This document shows, piece after piece, positions 55,172-64,000 of a DNA stretch of 64,000 bases (positions are counted from its first letter, which is position 1; every line of letters starts with the position of its first letter). The DNA is from a virus. Under the pieces are notes generated by a model. The model did not search any database. It was not told where the DNA came from and was given only the letters and a program-made list of their open reading frames with translations. The stretch spans positions 1-64,000 of IMG/VR virus record IMGVR_UViG_3300030102_006903, one strand, 5' to 3'. The position numbers and the translations under genes are program-made.

Positions 55172-55471
55172 TAATTTATCAAAAACTTTTTGAACTATTT
55201 CTTTTTCGTTTCCAAATTCTTTATGTACTTCTTTTCCATTTTTGAATGCAACCACCATTGGAATATTAGTTAAATCAATCAAACTTCTACTCTGTGGAGA
55301 TACATCTGGATTTATAAGTATAAAGGGAATATTTTTATGTTCTTTTGAAACTCTTTCATACTCTGGTTTTAAAATATCACAATTACCACACCAATCAGTG
55401 CCAAACATTACCATTAGTTTAGGTTGTGTTCTCAATAAAACATCGAGTGAATCTGTTTCTAATTTTATCAT
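55163..55471 (-). CDS. thioredoxin
   Basis: VMFGTDWCGNC, IPMVVAFKNG; start trimmed to MIKLE (ATGA overlap). Confidence 0.85.
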   Translation of the reverse strand: MIKLETDSLDVLLRTQPKLMVMFGTDWCGNCDILKPEYERVSKEHKNIPFILINPDVSPQSRSLIDLTNIPMVVAFKNGKEVHKEFGNEKEIVQKVFDKLFG

Positions 55472-56415
55472 AAAATACCAACAATCTGAATTATACAACT
55501 CATGAAAGTAATTTCTTTATCTACAACTAATGCATCTTTATGTTGTGCCTCTGAAAGAATAAGAATAATATTAGAAGTATTACCACCACCATATTCATCT
55601 ACTTTTTCGTAAAGGAAAGAATATAGTTCTGTAAAATCTTGTATTCTTGCATCTGCAACTGCCTGTCTAATATCCTTCCATTTATTCTTTTTATCATTTT
55701 TAGATTTAAGAATTTCAACTACCTTTGATTTAATATCTGAATCAATTACAGAGGTTGTGTTAATCTTTAATTGTCCTTTGGTAGAATTTAATTGACAAGT
55801 ATTAATAATCTTTCTAATATCAGGATATGAACTGTCAATGATAGGTACAAGGTCTGTTGGTTGGAAACTAACTCCTTCTTTACCCAAAATCTGTGAGATT
55901 TGTACCGCAACATCTTTTTTAGTTGGTGGTACGATTTGGAAAGTTTGACATCTACTTTGTATTGGGTCAATAACTTTCTCAACATAATTACAAGTTAGGA
56001 TAAATCTACAATGTTTTGAGAATGTTTCCATCAAGTTTCTAAGGATTGCTTGTGCATTTGGTGTCATGTAATCAAACTCATCTAAGATGATTACTTTCAT
56101 ATCCTTAAAACCAATCGTGGAAGCAAAACCTTTTACTTTATTTCTAACAGTATCTACATTATTCTCATCAGATGCATTTATAATGATATAATCACAACTA
56201 ATTGAATTAACAATTAATCTTGCTAAGGTTGTTTTACCTGTACCTGCCTTACCAAAAAATAAAAGGTGAGGTACATCTCCACTTTGAAGATAATCACTTA
56301 CCTTTTGTTTTAGATGTTCATTACCAACATATTCTGTTAGTTTACGAGGTCTATACTTCTCAACCCATAGTGAGTTGTTTACCTCTTTACTTGTTGTATC
56401 TTCAAAGAATGACAT
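55468..56415 (-). CDS. gp44: clamp loader AAA+ subunit (RFC small / T4 gp44-like)
   Basis: LWVEKYRP, GKAGTGKTT, INASD, ILDEFD, AQAILR, IQSRC. Confidence 0.93.
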   Translation of the reverse strand: MSFFEDTTSKEVNNSLWVEKYRPRKLTEYVGNEHLKQKVSDYLQSGDVPHLLFFGKAGTGKTTLARLIVNSISCDYIIINASDENNVDTVRNKVKGFASTIGFKDMKVIILDEFDYMTPNAQAILRNLMETFSKHCRFILTCNYVEKVIDPIQSRCQTFQIVPPTKKDVAVQISQILGKEGVSFQPTDLVPIIDSSYPDIRKIINTCQLNSTKGQLKINTTSVIDSDIKSKVVEILKSKNDKKNKWKDIRQAVADARIQDFTELYSFLYEKVDEYGGGNTSNIILILSEAQHKDALVVDKEITFMSCIIQIVGIL

Positions 56416-56416
56416 A

Positions 56417-56629
56417 TTAAAATGAGGAGTTTTTAACTTCTTTACAGAAGTCTGATAATTTTTCTAATTTAGTTATGATAGATTGTTTTCTGTTTTCGTC
56501 AATTACACCAAGATTTAATTCTGATATAATATCATTTACTGATGATTGTACTATTAACAATCCATCTTCTTTTGAATTAAGAAAGTTTTCAGATACTCTG
56601 AACTTTCTTGCTATTTCTGTTAAATTCAT
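56417..56629 (-). CDS. hypothetical protein
   Basis: 70-aa ORF after an early promoter. Confidence 0.7.
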   Translation of the reverse strand: MNLTEIARKFRVSENFLNSKEDGLLIVQSSVNDIISELNLGVIDENRKQSIITKLEKLSDFCKEVKNSSF

Positions 56630-56652
56630 AATTTATATAATTTTAGTTGGTA

Positions 56653-56684
56653 CAAAGATACGAAATTTTTTTTTAATATCCAAG
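56653..56684 (-). promoter_or_regulatory. early promoter
   Basis: CTTGGAT...TTTCGTATCTTTG. Confidence 0.7.
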
Positions 56685-57212
56685 TAATTTTAATATTTTT
56701 TTTACTGATTTTGGTCCTACTTTTATTGTATGATATGGAAATCCATTATCATCTAAAACTTGTTTACACAATTTATCAATTGCTACTGCTTGTTCGTAAT
56801 CTTGAAATCTTTCTTTATTATTGTGAACAGTATCACCTCTTTCTAAAAGGATATTAATATTATCATATTGATTGTGTAAATCAATTACCAAATTGTGAAA
56901 AGGTTCTCTGTAAAAACTTGCAGGATAACCTTTTGTGTAATATCTGTGATAAATAGTAGAGAAAAGGATTGGTGAATCGATGATTATATAATCAACTTTA
57001 CCATAACATTCTGCAATTCCTCTATGTTGATTTGCAAAAACATATAACTGGTCTGATATTGCTGGTATGTTTTTATCCCATGCTAATCTTTTTGGAAATT
57101 CGTATGGGTTATTACAACTTATATGTTGTTTTTTTAATTTATAAGTAACCCCATTTGCAATTGAGGATTTACCTATACCTGCTCCACCGAATAAATTAAT
57201 CAGTTTGCTCAT
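56673..57212 (-). CDS. AAA_28 / NadR-like P-loop nucleotide kinase
   Basis: INLFGGAGIGKS, EFPK, IIIDSP, ERFQ. Confidence 0.8.
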   Translation of the reverse strand: MSKLINLFGGAGIGKSSIANGVTYKLKKQHISCNNPYEFPKRLAWDKNIPAISDQLYVFANQHRGIAECYGKVDYIIIDSPILFSTIYHRYYTKGYPASFYREPFHNLVIDLHNQYDNINILLERGDTVHNNKERFQDYEQAVAIDKLCKQVLDDNGFPYHTIKVGPKSVKKILKLLGY

Positions 57213-57927
57213 ACTCTCTCCAATATCCTAAATCTTTTTTAAACCATTTTATATTTTTGTAATTGAAATAATTGAATAAATTTATTTTTAAAAAATTTAA
57301 ATATCCAAATTTCAAAAATCTTCTATTATCTTGTCCAATATATTCATTGAGTATTTTGAACCTTGATTTTGGTACCTCTTTCGATAACCAAAAATCTTCT
57401 GAATTTTGTAAAGTTTCATCGAACCCACCGAGTTCATTAAATTTCTTTTTAGAAATTAAAAAGAAACAACCTGTACAAAATGTGATTGGCATTATATTTC
57501 TCATCCAATCTAATATCTTATAAGTCCAAATAGATTTTTTATCATGAGTAGTTAATGATTTTTGTTTTACTGAAATGATATCGTATCTATTTAAATTTTT
57601 ATGTGCTTCATTTAAAACATTTCTACCTATAAGAACAGAATCAGCATCCATGAATAAAATGTAATCTGTTGATACAAATGTAGCACCATTATTTCTTGCA
57701 AAACCTACTTTACCACCTTGAACCACCTCTATTTGTAGATTAGAGAAATCCTCAGAGGCTTTTGATATATACTCAAGTGTTTTATCAGTAGAGTTATTAT
57801 CTGCAATTACAACTCGTAATACACCTTGGAAGTTTTGTCTTGATATTTTCCAAAGAGTATTGTAGATGTAGTTTTCCTCGTTATAACAAGGAATTATTAT
57901 TGTTAATAAATCAGTTATTGTTTTCAT
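57196..57927 (-). CDS. GT2 glycosyltransferase
   Basis: IIIPCYNEE, DNNSTD, ARNNG, FMDADS, GGFDE..EDF; start trimmed to ATG 57927. Confidence 0.9.
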   Translation of the reverse strand: MKTITDLLTIIIPCYNEENYIYNTLWKISRQNFQGVLRVVIADNNSTDKTLEYISKASEDFSNLQIEVVQGGKVGFARNNGATFVSTDYILFMDADSVLIGRNVLNEAHKNLNRYDIISVKQKSLTTHDKKSIWTYKILDWMRNIMPITFCTGCFFLISKKKFNELGGFDETLQNSEDFWLSKEVPKSRFKILNEYIGQDNRRFLKFGYLNFLKINLFNYFNYKNIKWFKKDLGYWREYEQTD

Positions 57928-57930
57928 GTG

Positions 57931-57960
57931 AAAAGAAAGTGGGGGAGTTTCCTCCCCCAA
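57931..57960 (-). terminator. rho-independent terminator of the TonB receptor gene
   Basis: Minus strand TGGGGGAG-GAAA-CTCCCCCA followed by CTTTCTTTT. Confidence 0.85.
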
Positions 57961-57978
57961 TATTTCTTTAGGTTGTTT

Positions 57979-60687
57979 TTAGAATCTGTATTTGAATGAA
58001 GCATTCCATGTACGTCCGAATCCGAACCATACTGAATTTCTTGTATCAATACCATTCCATGTTTCTGAAGCTGCTCCAGCATGGATGTTTGAGTTAGATT
58101 CTGCAATGTAGTAAGTATCAAGTAAGTTGTTGATATTTACTCTGAATGAAGCATCATTTCCGAATAAGTTGAATCTAAAGGTTGAACCTAAATCAACTAA
58201 TCCATAAGATGGTAACTTCAATGCACCCGCATTGTCAGGTGCTGTAAATTCTGAATCAGTAATTGAGTAATCTGCGTAAAGATTATCTACAAATCTATAT
58301 CCTAAATCTACATTTAACTTGTTTCCAAGTTTATAATCTGCTTCTAAGTAAGAAACGAATTGAGCTGCATCACCAACTTTAGCATCTTTTAAGTACAATG
58401 TACCTGTTCCGATTTGTTGGTTTTCATCATCAAATAACGCTGCTTCAAAATCTTTAGTATATCTCCAATCACCGATTGATAACATACCTTTTAATCTTAG
58501 TTTAGAATTATAATCATAAGTTGCCTCAACTTCTATACCGTTGTGAACTACATCGATATCCTTGAATTGTGCGAATCCATCAACACCTTGTTGGTTTGAT
58601 AAACTTCTTGTAACAAATCTGTTACCCCATACTGTTGAGTATGCGTTTACATTTGCTCTGAAGTTATTTCCAATGAATCCATATCCTAATTCAACCGATT
58701 TAATTTCCTCATTTTGTAAATCAGGATTAACAGTATTAGCATAGTTAGGGAATACACCATCAAAGTTTGGTTGTCTTGAGATGAAACCAGCATTGAAGAA
58801 TACATTATTCTTTTCATCAATGTTATAGTTTGCACCACCTTTTAGATAACCACCACCAACATTCTTAGTATCAGATATTGGATTACCTGGTTGTCCAAAG
58901 TAATCAATTCTTTGGAAAGATTGATTTGATAAACCAGCTTGTAATACAGCAGATAAAGTAGAGTTGTTATATTCAACTAAACCATTTAAACCTTGCCAAC
59001 CAACTTTACCAATATTATAGTAAGCGATTTTAGGGCCTCTGATACCTGTATCTTTGAATGGATTTGCTTCAACTAATGTATTAATTATTTGTCCTGCAGA
59101 GTTATCATTACCAGTTGAGTAATAACCATCTAATCCCATTAGGTGGTTTAATGCTCTATAATGATATCCTTTGTAGTTTCTTAAATCAATACCGATTGAA
59201 GTTTTCCAATTCCCTTTCTCATATTCTAAGTTAGAGATTGCTCCAACCCAGTCATGAGAGTTCATAGAAGCTCTTCTAATAAGTGCACTTCTGTTAACAC
59301 CATCAGCATTGAATCCATTTGAACCAATCAATTGACCTGTAAATGGTAAATCACCACTATATGGGTCTGTGTTTGCTTGGTTATATGCAACTACTGCATC
59401 AAAATCAATAAATCCTTCTGGTGTTCTTGAACCTCTACCATTTTCTAAGTAGTGTTCAGTAAGGTCTTTTCTAAATGGTAAGATATCAGTTTCCGAGTTG
59501 TAATAACTTTTACCTCTTGGACCTGTTCCTCCACCTCTACCAGCTGAACCATATAATGATGTAGCTAATTTAAGGTTAGAATTAATATCCCAATCCCAAT
59601 TCAGAGTTGCTAATGGTTTGTTGTAGAAGTTTCTTCTCATTGAGAATTCTTCTCCATTTAAAACACCACCATTTGTATTCCATCTTCTATCAATTCCTTC
59701 TGTACCAAAGTTTTGGTAGTCTCTAATAGAAACCCAAACATCTCTTTGGTGGTGCCATTGACCAGCACCTAAGAAAGAAAAGTTAACTGAGTGCTTAGAA
59801 TCTTCAGGTGCATATCCTAATGCAAAGAAGTAAGTATAACCCTCACCACTTGTATTATAGATATATCCATCACCTTGCCATCTACTTAATAAGAAAGATG
59901 AAGCCCAACCATTGTCATTAAGACCTGTTGAGTGAGAAACAGTAGTTTTGAAATACCCATCATTACCAAATGTTTGAGCAATTGAACTACCACTTCTTGC
60001 TTCAGCTGCCTTAGTAAAGATTGATACAGTTCCACCTACTGATGGTACTGCTAATCTTGAAGCACCTAAACCTCTCTGTAATTGGATTCCACTTGCAACA
60101 TCAGTAAGACCTTGCCAGTTAGACCAATAAACCCATCCATTTTCCATATCGTTAACTGGTTGCCCATTGATAAGGAAAGATGTATTTCTTTGGTCGAATC
60201 CTCTTAAAGAGATTCTCGAATCACCATATCCACCACCTTGTTTGGTTGCGTAGACACCTGGTGTTCTGTTCATTATCTCAGGAAACTCTTGGTTACCTAC
60301 TTTGAGTGCGATTTCTGATGGTGAAATAGTTGAAACTGCTACAGGTGTTTCTCTCACCTTTGCAATATCAATTACACCAGAACTTACAACAACCTCACCA
60401 AGTACATTCAAGTCAGGTGTTAAACCTACTTTCGTGTTACCACTTGATTCAATTACTGTGGTTTCGTACCCTAAGTAAGAAACAACAAGTGTTGTTCCCT
60501 CAGATACATCAAGAATAAATGTCCCATCAAAACCTGATATTGTACCATCTTGAGTTCCCTCAATGATGATAGTAGCACCTGGTAAAGGGTCATTTGTCTC
60601 GACATCATAAACTAATCCACTTATTTGGGAAAAGCTTGCTGTTATACTTCCAAATAGGAATAACAGACTTAACATTAAATTTCTCAT
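57979..60687 (-). CDS. TonB-dependent receptor with N-terminal carboxypeptidase-regulatory-like domain
   Basis: Signal peptide; PLPGATI...SYLGY; plug TPGVY...ISLRGF...INGQP; barrel ending GRTWNASFKYRF. Confidence 0.93.
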   Translation of the reverse strand: MRNLMLSLLFLFGSITASFSQISGLVYDVETNDPLPGATIIIEGTQDGTISGFDGTFILDVSEGTTLVVSYLGYETTVIESSGNTKVGLTPDLNVLGEVVVSSGVIDIAKVRETPVAVSTISPSEIALKVGNQEFPEIMNRTPGVYATKQGGGYGDSRISLRGFDQRNTSFLINGQPVNDMENGWVYWSNWQGLTDVASGIQLQRGLGASRLAVPSVGGTVSIFTKAAEARSGSSIAQTFGNDGYFKTTVSHSTGLNDNGWASSFLLSRWQGDGYIYNTSGEGYTYFFALGYAPEDSKHSVNFSFLGAGQWHHQRDVWVSIRDYQNFGTEGIDRRWNTNGGVLNGEEFSMRRNFYNKPLATLNWDWDINSNLKLATSLYGSAGRGGGTGPRGKSYYNSETDILPFRKDLTEHYLENGRGSRTPEGFIDFDAVVAYNQANTDPYSGDLPFTGQLIGSNGFNADGVNRSALIRRASMNSHDWVGAISNLEYEKGNWKTSIGIDLRNYKGYHYRALNHLMGLDGYYSTGNDNSAGQIINTLVEANPFKDTGIRGPKIAYYNIGKVGWQGLNGLVEYNNSTLSAVLQAGLSNQSFQRIDYFGQPGNPISDTKNVGGGYLKGGANYNIDEKNNVFFNAGFISRQPNFDGVFPNYANTVNPDLQNEEIKSVELGYGFIGNNFRANVNAYSTVWGNRFVTRSLSNQQGVDGFAQFKDIDVVHNGIEVEATYDYNSKLRLKGMLSIGDWRYTKDFEAALFDDENQQIGTGTLYLKDAKVGDAAQFVSYLEADYKLGNKLNVDLGYRFVDNLYADYSITDSEFTAPDNAGALKLPSYGLVDLGSTFRFNLFGNDASFRVNINNLLDTYYIAESNSNIHAGAASETWNGIDTRNSVWFGFGRTWNASFKYRF

Positions 60688-60902
60688 AAATTAAATTAAT
60701 TTAAATTAATAATACTATAACTGATTATAGTAACGCTTGAGATACTTGCATACCTCAATATCTTCAATATTTTTCTAATTGGGTTTTTCATTAAAATCTT
60801 GGGAATAAAAAGTAATCCTATCAGCAGTGACTGATGGTTCTTCGAAATACGGACTTTTGAAATAACTTGCAAAATTTATAATATAAGTTTCACTCATCTT
60901 TG

Positions 60903-60910
60903 TATAAGTA
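60903..60910 (-). promoter_or_regulatory. putative late-promoter motif TACTTATA
   Basis: Variant motif directly after the MTase stop, heading the TBDR leader. Confidence 0.45.
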
Positions 60911-60911
60911 T

Positions 60912-62546
60912 TTAAGGTTTATAAAAAACGAAGATTGGTTCAAATTTATACACTTTCCCGTCATGTTTGACCGAGTTCTTTATACCACTTTTAGATGGGT
61001 CTAACCCAACCATCCTTGTCATCAACATTTTTAACTTACCTTTATATTCACATCCTAACTCATTTAAGATATCAATTGAATCTTGTTCAAGTGGATAATA
61101 GATTGATTTACCTATCTTGATATCAGCAATATTCCATAAAATATACCTATCATTCTTTAGATACTCATAAATCGTTGTTAGAGTAGGTTTTAAGAAGTTA
61201 TCTCTCCAATCTTCATATTCACCATATGCTTTAAAAGATTGGTTCTCATCTTGAGAGTATTGTTCTCTGTTAAAATATGGAGGTGAAGTAAATGCAATAT
61301 CTAACTTACCTTTATATTTTTGAAATTTTGGATTATTTGAGATTACCTCAGAACCATCTTGAAATAATTCGTAAGTGTTTCCTTGTTTTTCAACATTAAA
61401 AAATGATGTAAGTTTATCTGAGAAATCATCTACACAATTATCATTATAAAACTTAGCAACATATTCGTAACGAGAAATACCTAATTCATCTAAGAAGTTA
61501 TCTGGATTAGGGTCTGTACCAACATAGTGAACTTTCTTACGAGAACTCATCGCACCGATGATTCTACCACCCCAACCACTTGATGAATCGTAAATATGTA
61601 ATGGTTCATCTGTATCGATGTGGTTAGTATAATTTTCGTAAATCCACTTTGCAGTTAGTGCAGGAAAGTTTACTGCAGGTTGTCCACAACTCAATCTAAA
61701 TACTTGTAATATCTTTGGGAAGATACCAACTGTCTTATCATACCATCTTATTAGGTATTTGTATTTAGTGACTGTTCCTGCCTCTGAAGTTGTTGAATCA
61801 ACTATTTCACCAAGATTTGATGTTTGAGTACTATTAAGATAACCAGTCGCAAGTAAACCATTTACTTCTTCTGAATTTAAATATAAGTTACCAAATCCAA
61901 CATATTGTTCATTGAATGTTCCATAGTTTTTAAGAGTAGATTCTTTTACTCTCGCTAAAACAATTCCTAAATCAGAATATTTTCCTTTAAACACTTTACC
62001 ATCATGAACATCTTTTATAAACTGAACCCCATCTTGTCCATTCCAAAAAGGATTCTCATCTTTTTTATCTACAAGTGAACGAGACCAAGAATACATAGAA
62101 TCTCTTTTAACTGCTCGTTTCATAATATTAACGAACTTATCTTCCATACTTGTATCGGAAAAATGGTCATAAATAGATAAACCATTATCAGCAGATTTAC
62201 CAACTGATATTTTTGTTTTTAACATTGTAGGAAAAAACTGATTTACAACTGATGCATCTTTATTAAAGTTTTGTATTACTCCTAAAGATTCTTCATCACC
62301 ACTTGTATCTTTTTTCCAATACTTTGCTGGATTAGATTTAAGTTTCTTGAATGATTTTATAATACCCTTTTCATTCTTACCAATAACTGGTGGAGTTCCT
62401 CTATCATCCCATTGTTCAGTAACCTCCTTACGAAGCAAACGAGCCCATTGAACGAACTCATCATCAGTCATTTCTAACAACTGATGATAAGTCGTATTGG
62501 ATTTAAACTCAGAAAATCTGCTTTTTTCGTAAAAGTGTTTACTCAT
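60912..62546 (-). CDS. amino-DNA methyltransferase (N6A/N4C), large-phage type
   Basis: Motif I-like YDSSSGWGGR, GTDPN, motif IV FTSPPYF. Confidence 0.8.
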   Translation of the reverse strand: MSKHFYEKSRFSEFKSNTTYHQLLEMTDDEFVQWARLLRKEVTEQWDDRGTPPVIGKNEKGIIKSFKKLKSNPAKYWKKDTSGDEESLGVIQNFNKDASVVNQFFPTMLKTKISVGKSADNGLSIYDHFSDTSMEDKFVNIMKRAVKRDSMYSWSRSLVDKKDENPFWNGQDGVQFIKDVHDGKVFKGKYSDLGIVLARVKESTLKNYGTFNEQYVGFGNLYLNSEEVNGLLATGYLNSTQTSNLGEIVDSTTSEAGTVTKYKYLIRWYDKTVGIFPKILQVFRLSCGQPAVNFPALTAKWIYENYTNHIDTDEPLHIYDSSSGWGGRIIGAMSSRKKVHYVGTDPNPDNFLDELGISRYEYVAKFYNDNCVDDFSDKLTSFFNVEKQGNTYELFQDGSEVISNNPKFQKYKGKLDIAFTSPPYFNREQYSQDENQSFKAYGEYEDWRDNFLKPTLTTIYEYLKNDRYILWNIADIKIGKSIYYPLEQDSIDILNELGCEYKGKLKMLMTRMVGLDPSKSGIKNSVKHDGKVYKFEPIFVFYKP

Positions 62547-63265
62547 TATGATTGTATCTCCACTAAATAATAATTTGATTCATAGTTATCTACTTCGAAT
62601 GAAATATGTGCTAATCCTTGAGATGAAATCTTAAGAGTAGCATCTGTTGCTTCTTTATTTGCAACTAGGATTTCTTTTAAGAAGTTTGCTGAGAATGAGA
62701 TTGGTTCTACTTTATCTTTTGAACAAGTACAATCAACATCAATGTTAATTCTATTTGTATTGATATTAGAATATCCTAAGATAATTTGACCGTTTTCACC
62801 ATCTTTACAAGTAAATGTAAAGTTATTCTCATCTGCTAAAGCACCTTTTGCTTTGATGAATTTTGAAATAAAGTTTGAATCTAATTTAATTTCTGAATCA
62901 AACTCTGGTAATTGTTTTAAATCAGGTACATTAGGGATAACTGATAAATCAGCTAACATATAGTTTACTGATGTAGAACCATCTTTGAATTTCAAAGAAA
63001 CTGCTTTACCATCAATATCGTTGATTGAGAAATCAACATCATTTCCTAATACTGATAACATTTTTGTAAGTTTTGAAGTATCATATACACCAAAGGTTGC
63101 ATCTGATGAATCAAACTCTTTCATAGTAACACTACCCAAAACAGATTTATCATCTGAAATGAACGATGTTGTTAGAGAACCTTCTTTAGATTCCCACTTT
63201 ACAGATTCTACTAAACCTGCAAGATTGTACTTCGATACGAAGCGATTTAATGATTGTTTTTCCAT
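62546..63265 (-). CDS. gp45: DNA polymerase sliding clamp (T4 gp45-like)
   Basis: FGVYDTSKL, VNYMLADLSVI, LKISSQGLAHISF...YYLV; next to the polymerase. Confidence 0.85.
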   Translation of the reverse strand: MEKQSLNRFVSKYNLAGLVESVKWESKEGSLTTSFISDDKSVLGSVTMKEFDSSDATFGVYDTSKLTKMLSVLGNDVDFSINDIDGKAVSLKFKDGSTSVNYMLADLSVIPNVPDLKQLPEFDSEIKLDSNFISKFIKAKGALADENNFTFTCKDGENGQIILGYSNINTNRINIDVDCTCSKDKVEPISFSANFLKEILVANKEATDATLKISSQGLAHISFEVDNYESNYYLVEIQS

Positions 63266-63295
63266 GTTTTTATTAAATTATAATTTATAGTTGTA

Positions 63296-63327
63296 CAAAT
63301 ATACGAAAAATTTTTGATATATCCAAA
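63296..63327 (-). promoter_or_regulatory. early promoter
   Basis: TTTGGAT...TTTCGTATATTTG. Confidence 0.75.
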
Positions 63328-64000
63328 TTAAAATGTAAAAAATTTCTCTGCTGTTCTTTGTTCACTTACAACATCACCCCAACCAATTGCATCATAAAAA
63401 TCTTGAAGTTTACCTTTTAACTCTCTTTCAAAAATTTTATTGTGGTCAATGTAAGTGTTAATGAATTCATTTATTTCTGATGGGTCTTTATAACCTGTAA
63501 ATGCCAAACCACTTAATCCAAGTGGATTATCTTTTAAATAAACCCATTTTACCTTATCACCATTTTTCATAGGTTCATATTTGAATGGTGCATCAAAATG
63601 TTTCAAACAATCGTTATATGCGATTGCAGCTTTTACATGAGCGGGTGTTCCTTTCATAAATTGAAACAAATTTCTTTTTCCTTTTGGTAAATACTTTTTA
63701 AGATTTTTAACTGCTGAATTCTTTGCAATTACTTTCATATCTTGATTTACCATAGATTTTTTAAAATCTAATACTTTATCTGATATTTCTTCTTCTGTTT
63801 GTCCTCGTAGAATTGATATAAGAACATCTGCCATGATTTCTTGAAATGCTTTTGGGAATGAACTTCTTTTAACATCCAAACCTTTTACATCTAATTTATC
63901 AACAGGTACTCCATTATCTGAAATAATCCATTGAGCATATCTTTTCTTGGCAATCCACAATCCAGCCTTTGCAACATATTCCTTTTTGATTTCTAATCTA
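63328..64000 (-). CDS. gp43: family B DNA polymerase, C-terminal part (gene starts outside the window)
   Basis: AKKRYA, VKGLDVKRSS, GTPAHVKAA, GDKVKWVYL; frame open to position 64000. Confidence 0.93.
   Translation of the reverse strand, partial: RLEIKKEYVAKAGLWIAKKRYAQWIISDNGVPVDKLDVKGLDVKRSSFPKAFQEIMADVLISILRGQTEEEISDKVLDFKKSMVNQDMKVIAKNSAVKNLKKYLPKGKRNLFQFMKGTPAHVKAAIAYNDCLKHFDAPFKYEPMKNGDKVKWVYLKDNPLGLSGLAFTGYKDPSEINEFINTYIDHNKIFERELKGKLQDFYDAIGWGDVVSEQRTAEKFFTF

Noticed and set aside
60688-60900. Cobalamin/TPP riboswitch upstream of the TBDR
   Set aside because: Conserved cores (B12 box, CUGAGA) not found by eye.
433-63290. All plus-strand ORFs in the track
   Set aside because: They are antisense to well-supported minus-strand genes, have F/S/L-rich shadow composition and show no recognisable motifs.
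1-64000. Alternative genetic code (stop recoding)
   Set aside because: Standard code gives full-length, tightly packed genes; TAG and TGA both terminate intact proteins.
1-64000. Bacterial chromosome origin (TBDR, GroES, capsule-like genes)
   Set aside because: T4-like polB, clamp and clamp loader, single-strand gene packing, GroES without adjacent GroEL and phage-type hypotheticals indicate a phage.

Overview
AT-rich, gene-dense fragment of a large T4-like (jumbo/'huge') dsDNA phage. Every credible gene is on the minus strand. The host is most likely Bacteroidota/Flavobacteriia: 12 copies of a TTTG-N20-TAnnTTT(G/A) promoter, a DUF4494-like gene, a flavobacterial-type TonB-dependent receptor, T9SS-CTD-like domains and C-x-K-D-E lipoproteins all point that way. 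In transcription order (high to low coordinates) the window holds: (1) a replication block (family B DNA polymerase C-terminus, sliding clamp, DNA methyltransferase, clamp loader subunits, Cas4/RecB-like nuclease) with an embedded TonB-dependent receptor; (2) a ~17 kb glycosylation/sugar-modification island including GroES; (3) a ~10 kb operon of exported proteins; (4) virion-type proteins with shared N-terminal and internal [ILV]-x-E motifs; (5) an amidase/holin pair; (6) an APS kinase/amidinotransferase/oxygenase block; (7) an early vWA-peptidase, MoxR AAA+ and GHKL ATPase trio. The exported-protein operon is the most striking element. It has a CsgG-like pore, two cohesin-dockerin-cohesin proteins each followed by a stand-alone T9SS-CTD-like surface lipoprotein, and an acidic Gly/Ser/Asp-repeat beta-barrel protein. 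No tRNA, rRNA or CRISPR array was seen. All family assignments come from motif recognition by eye, not database searches.
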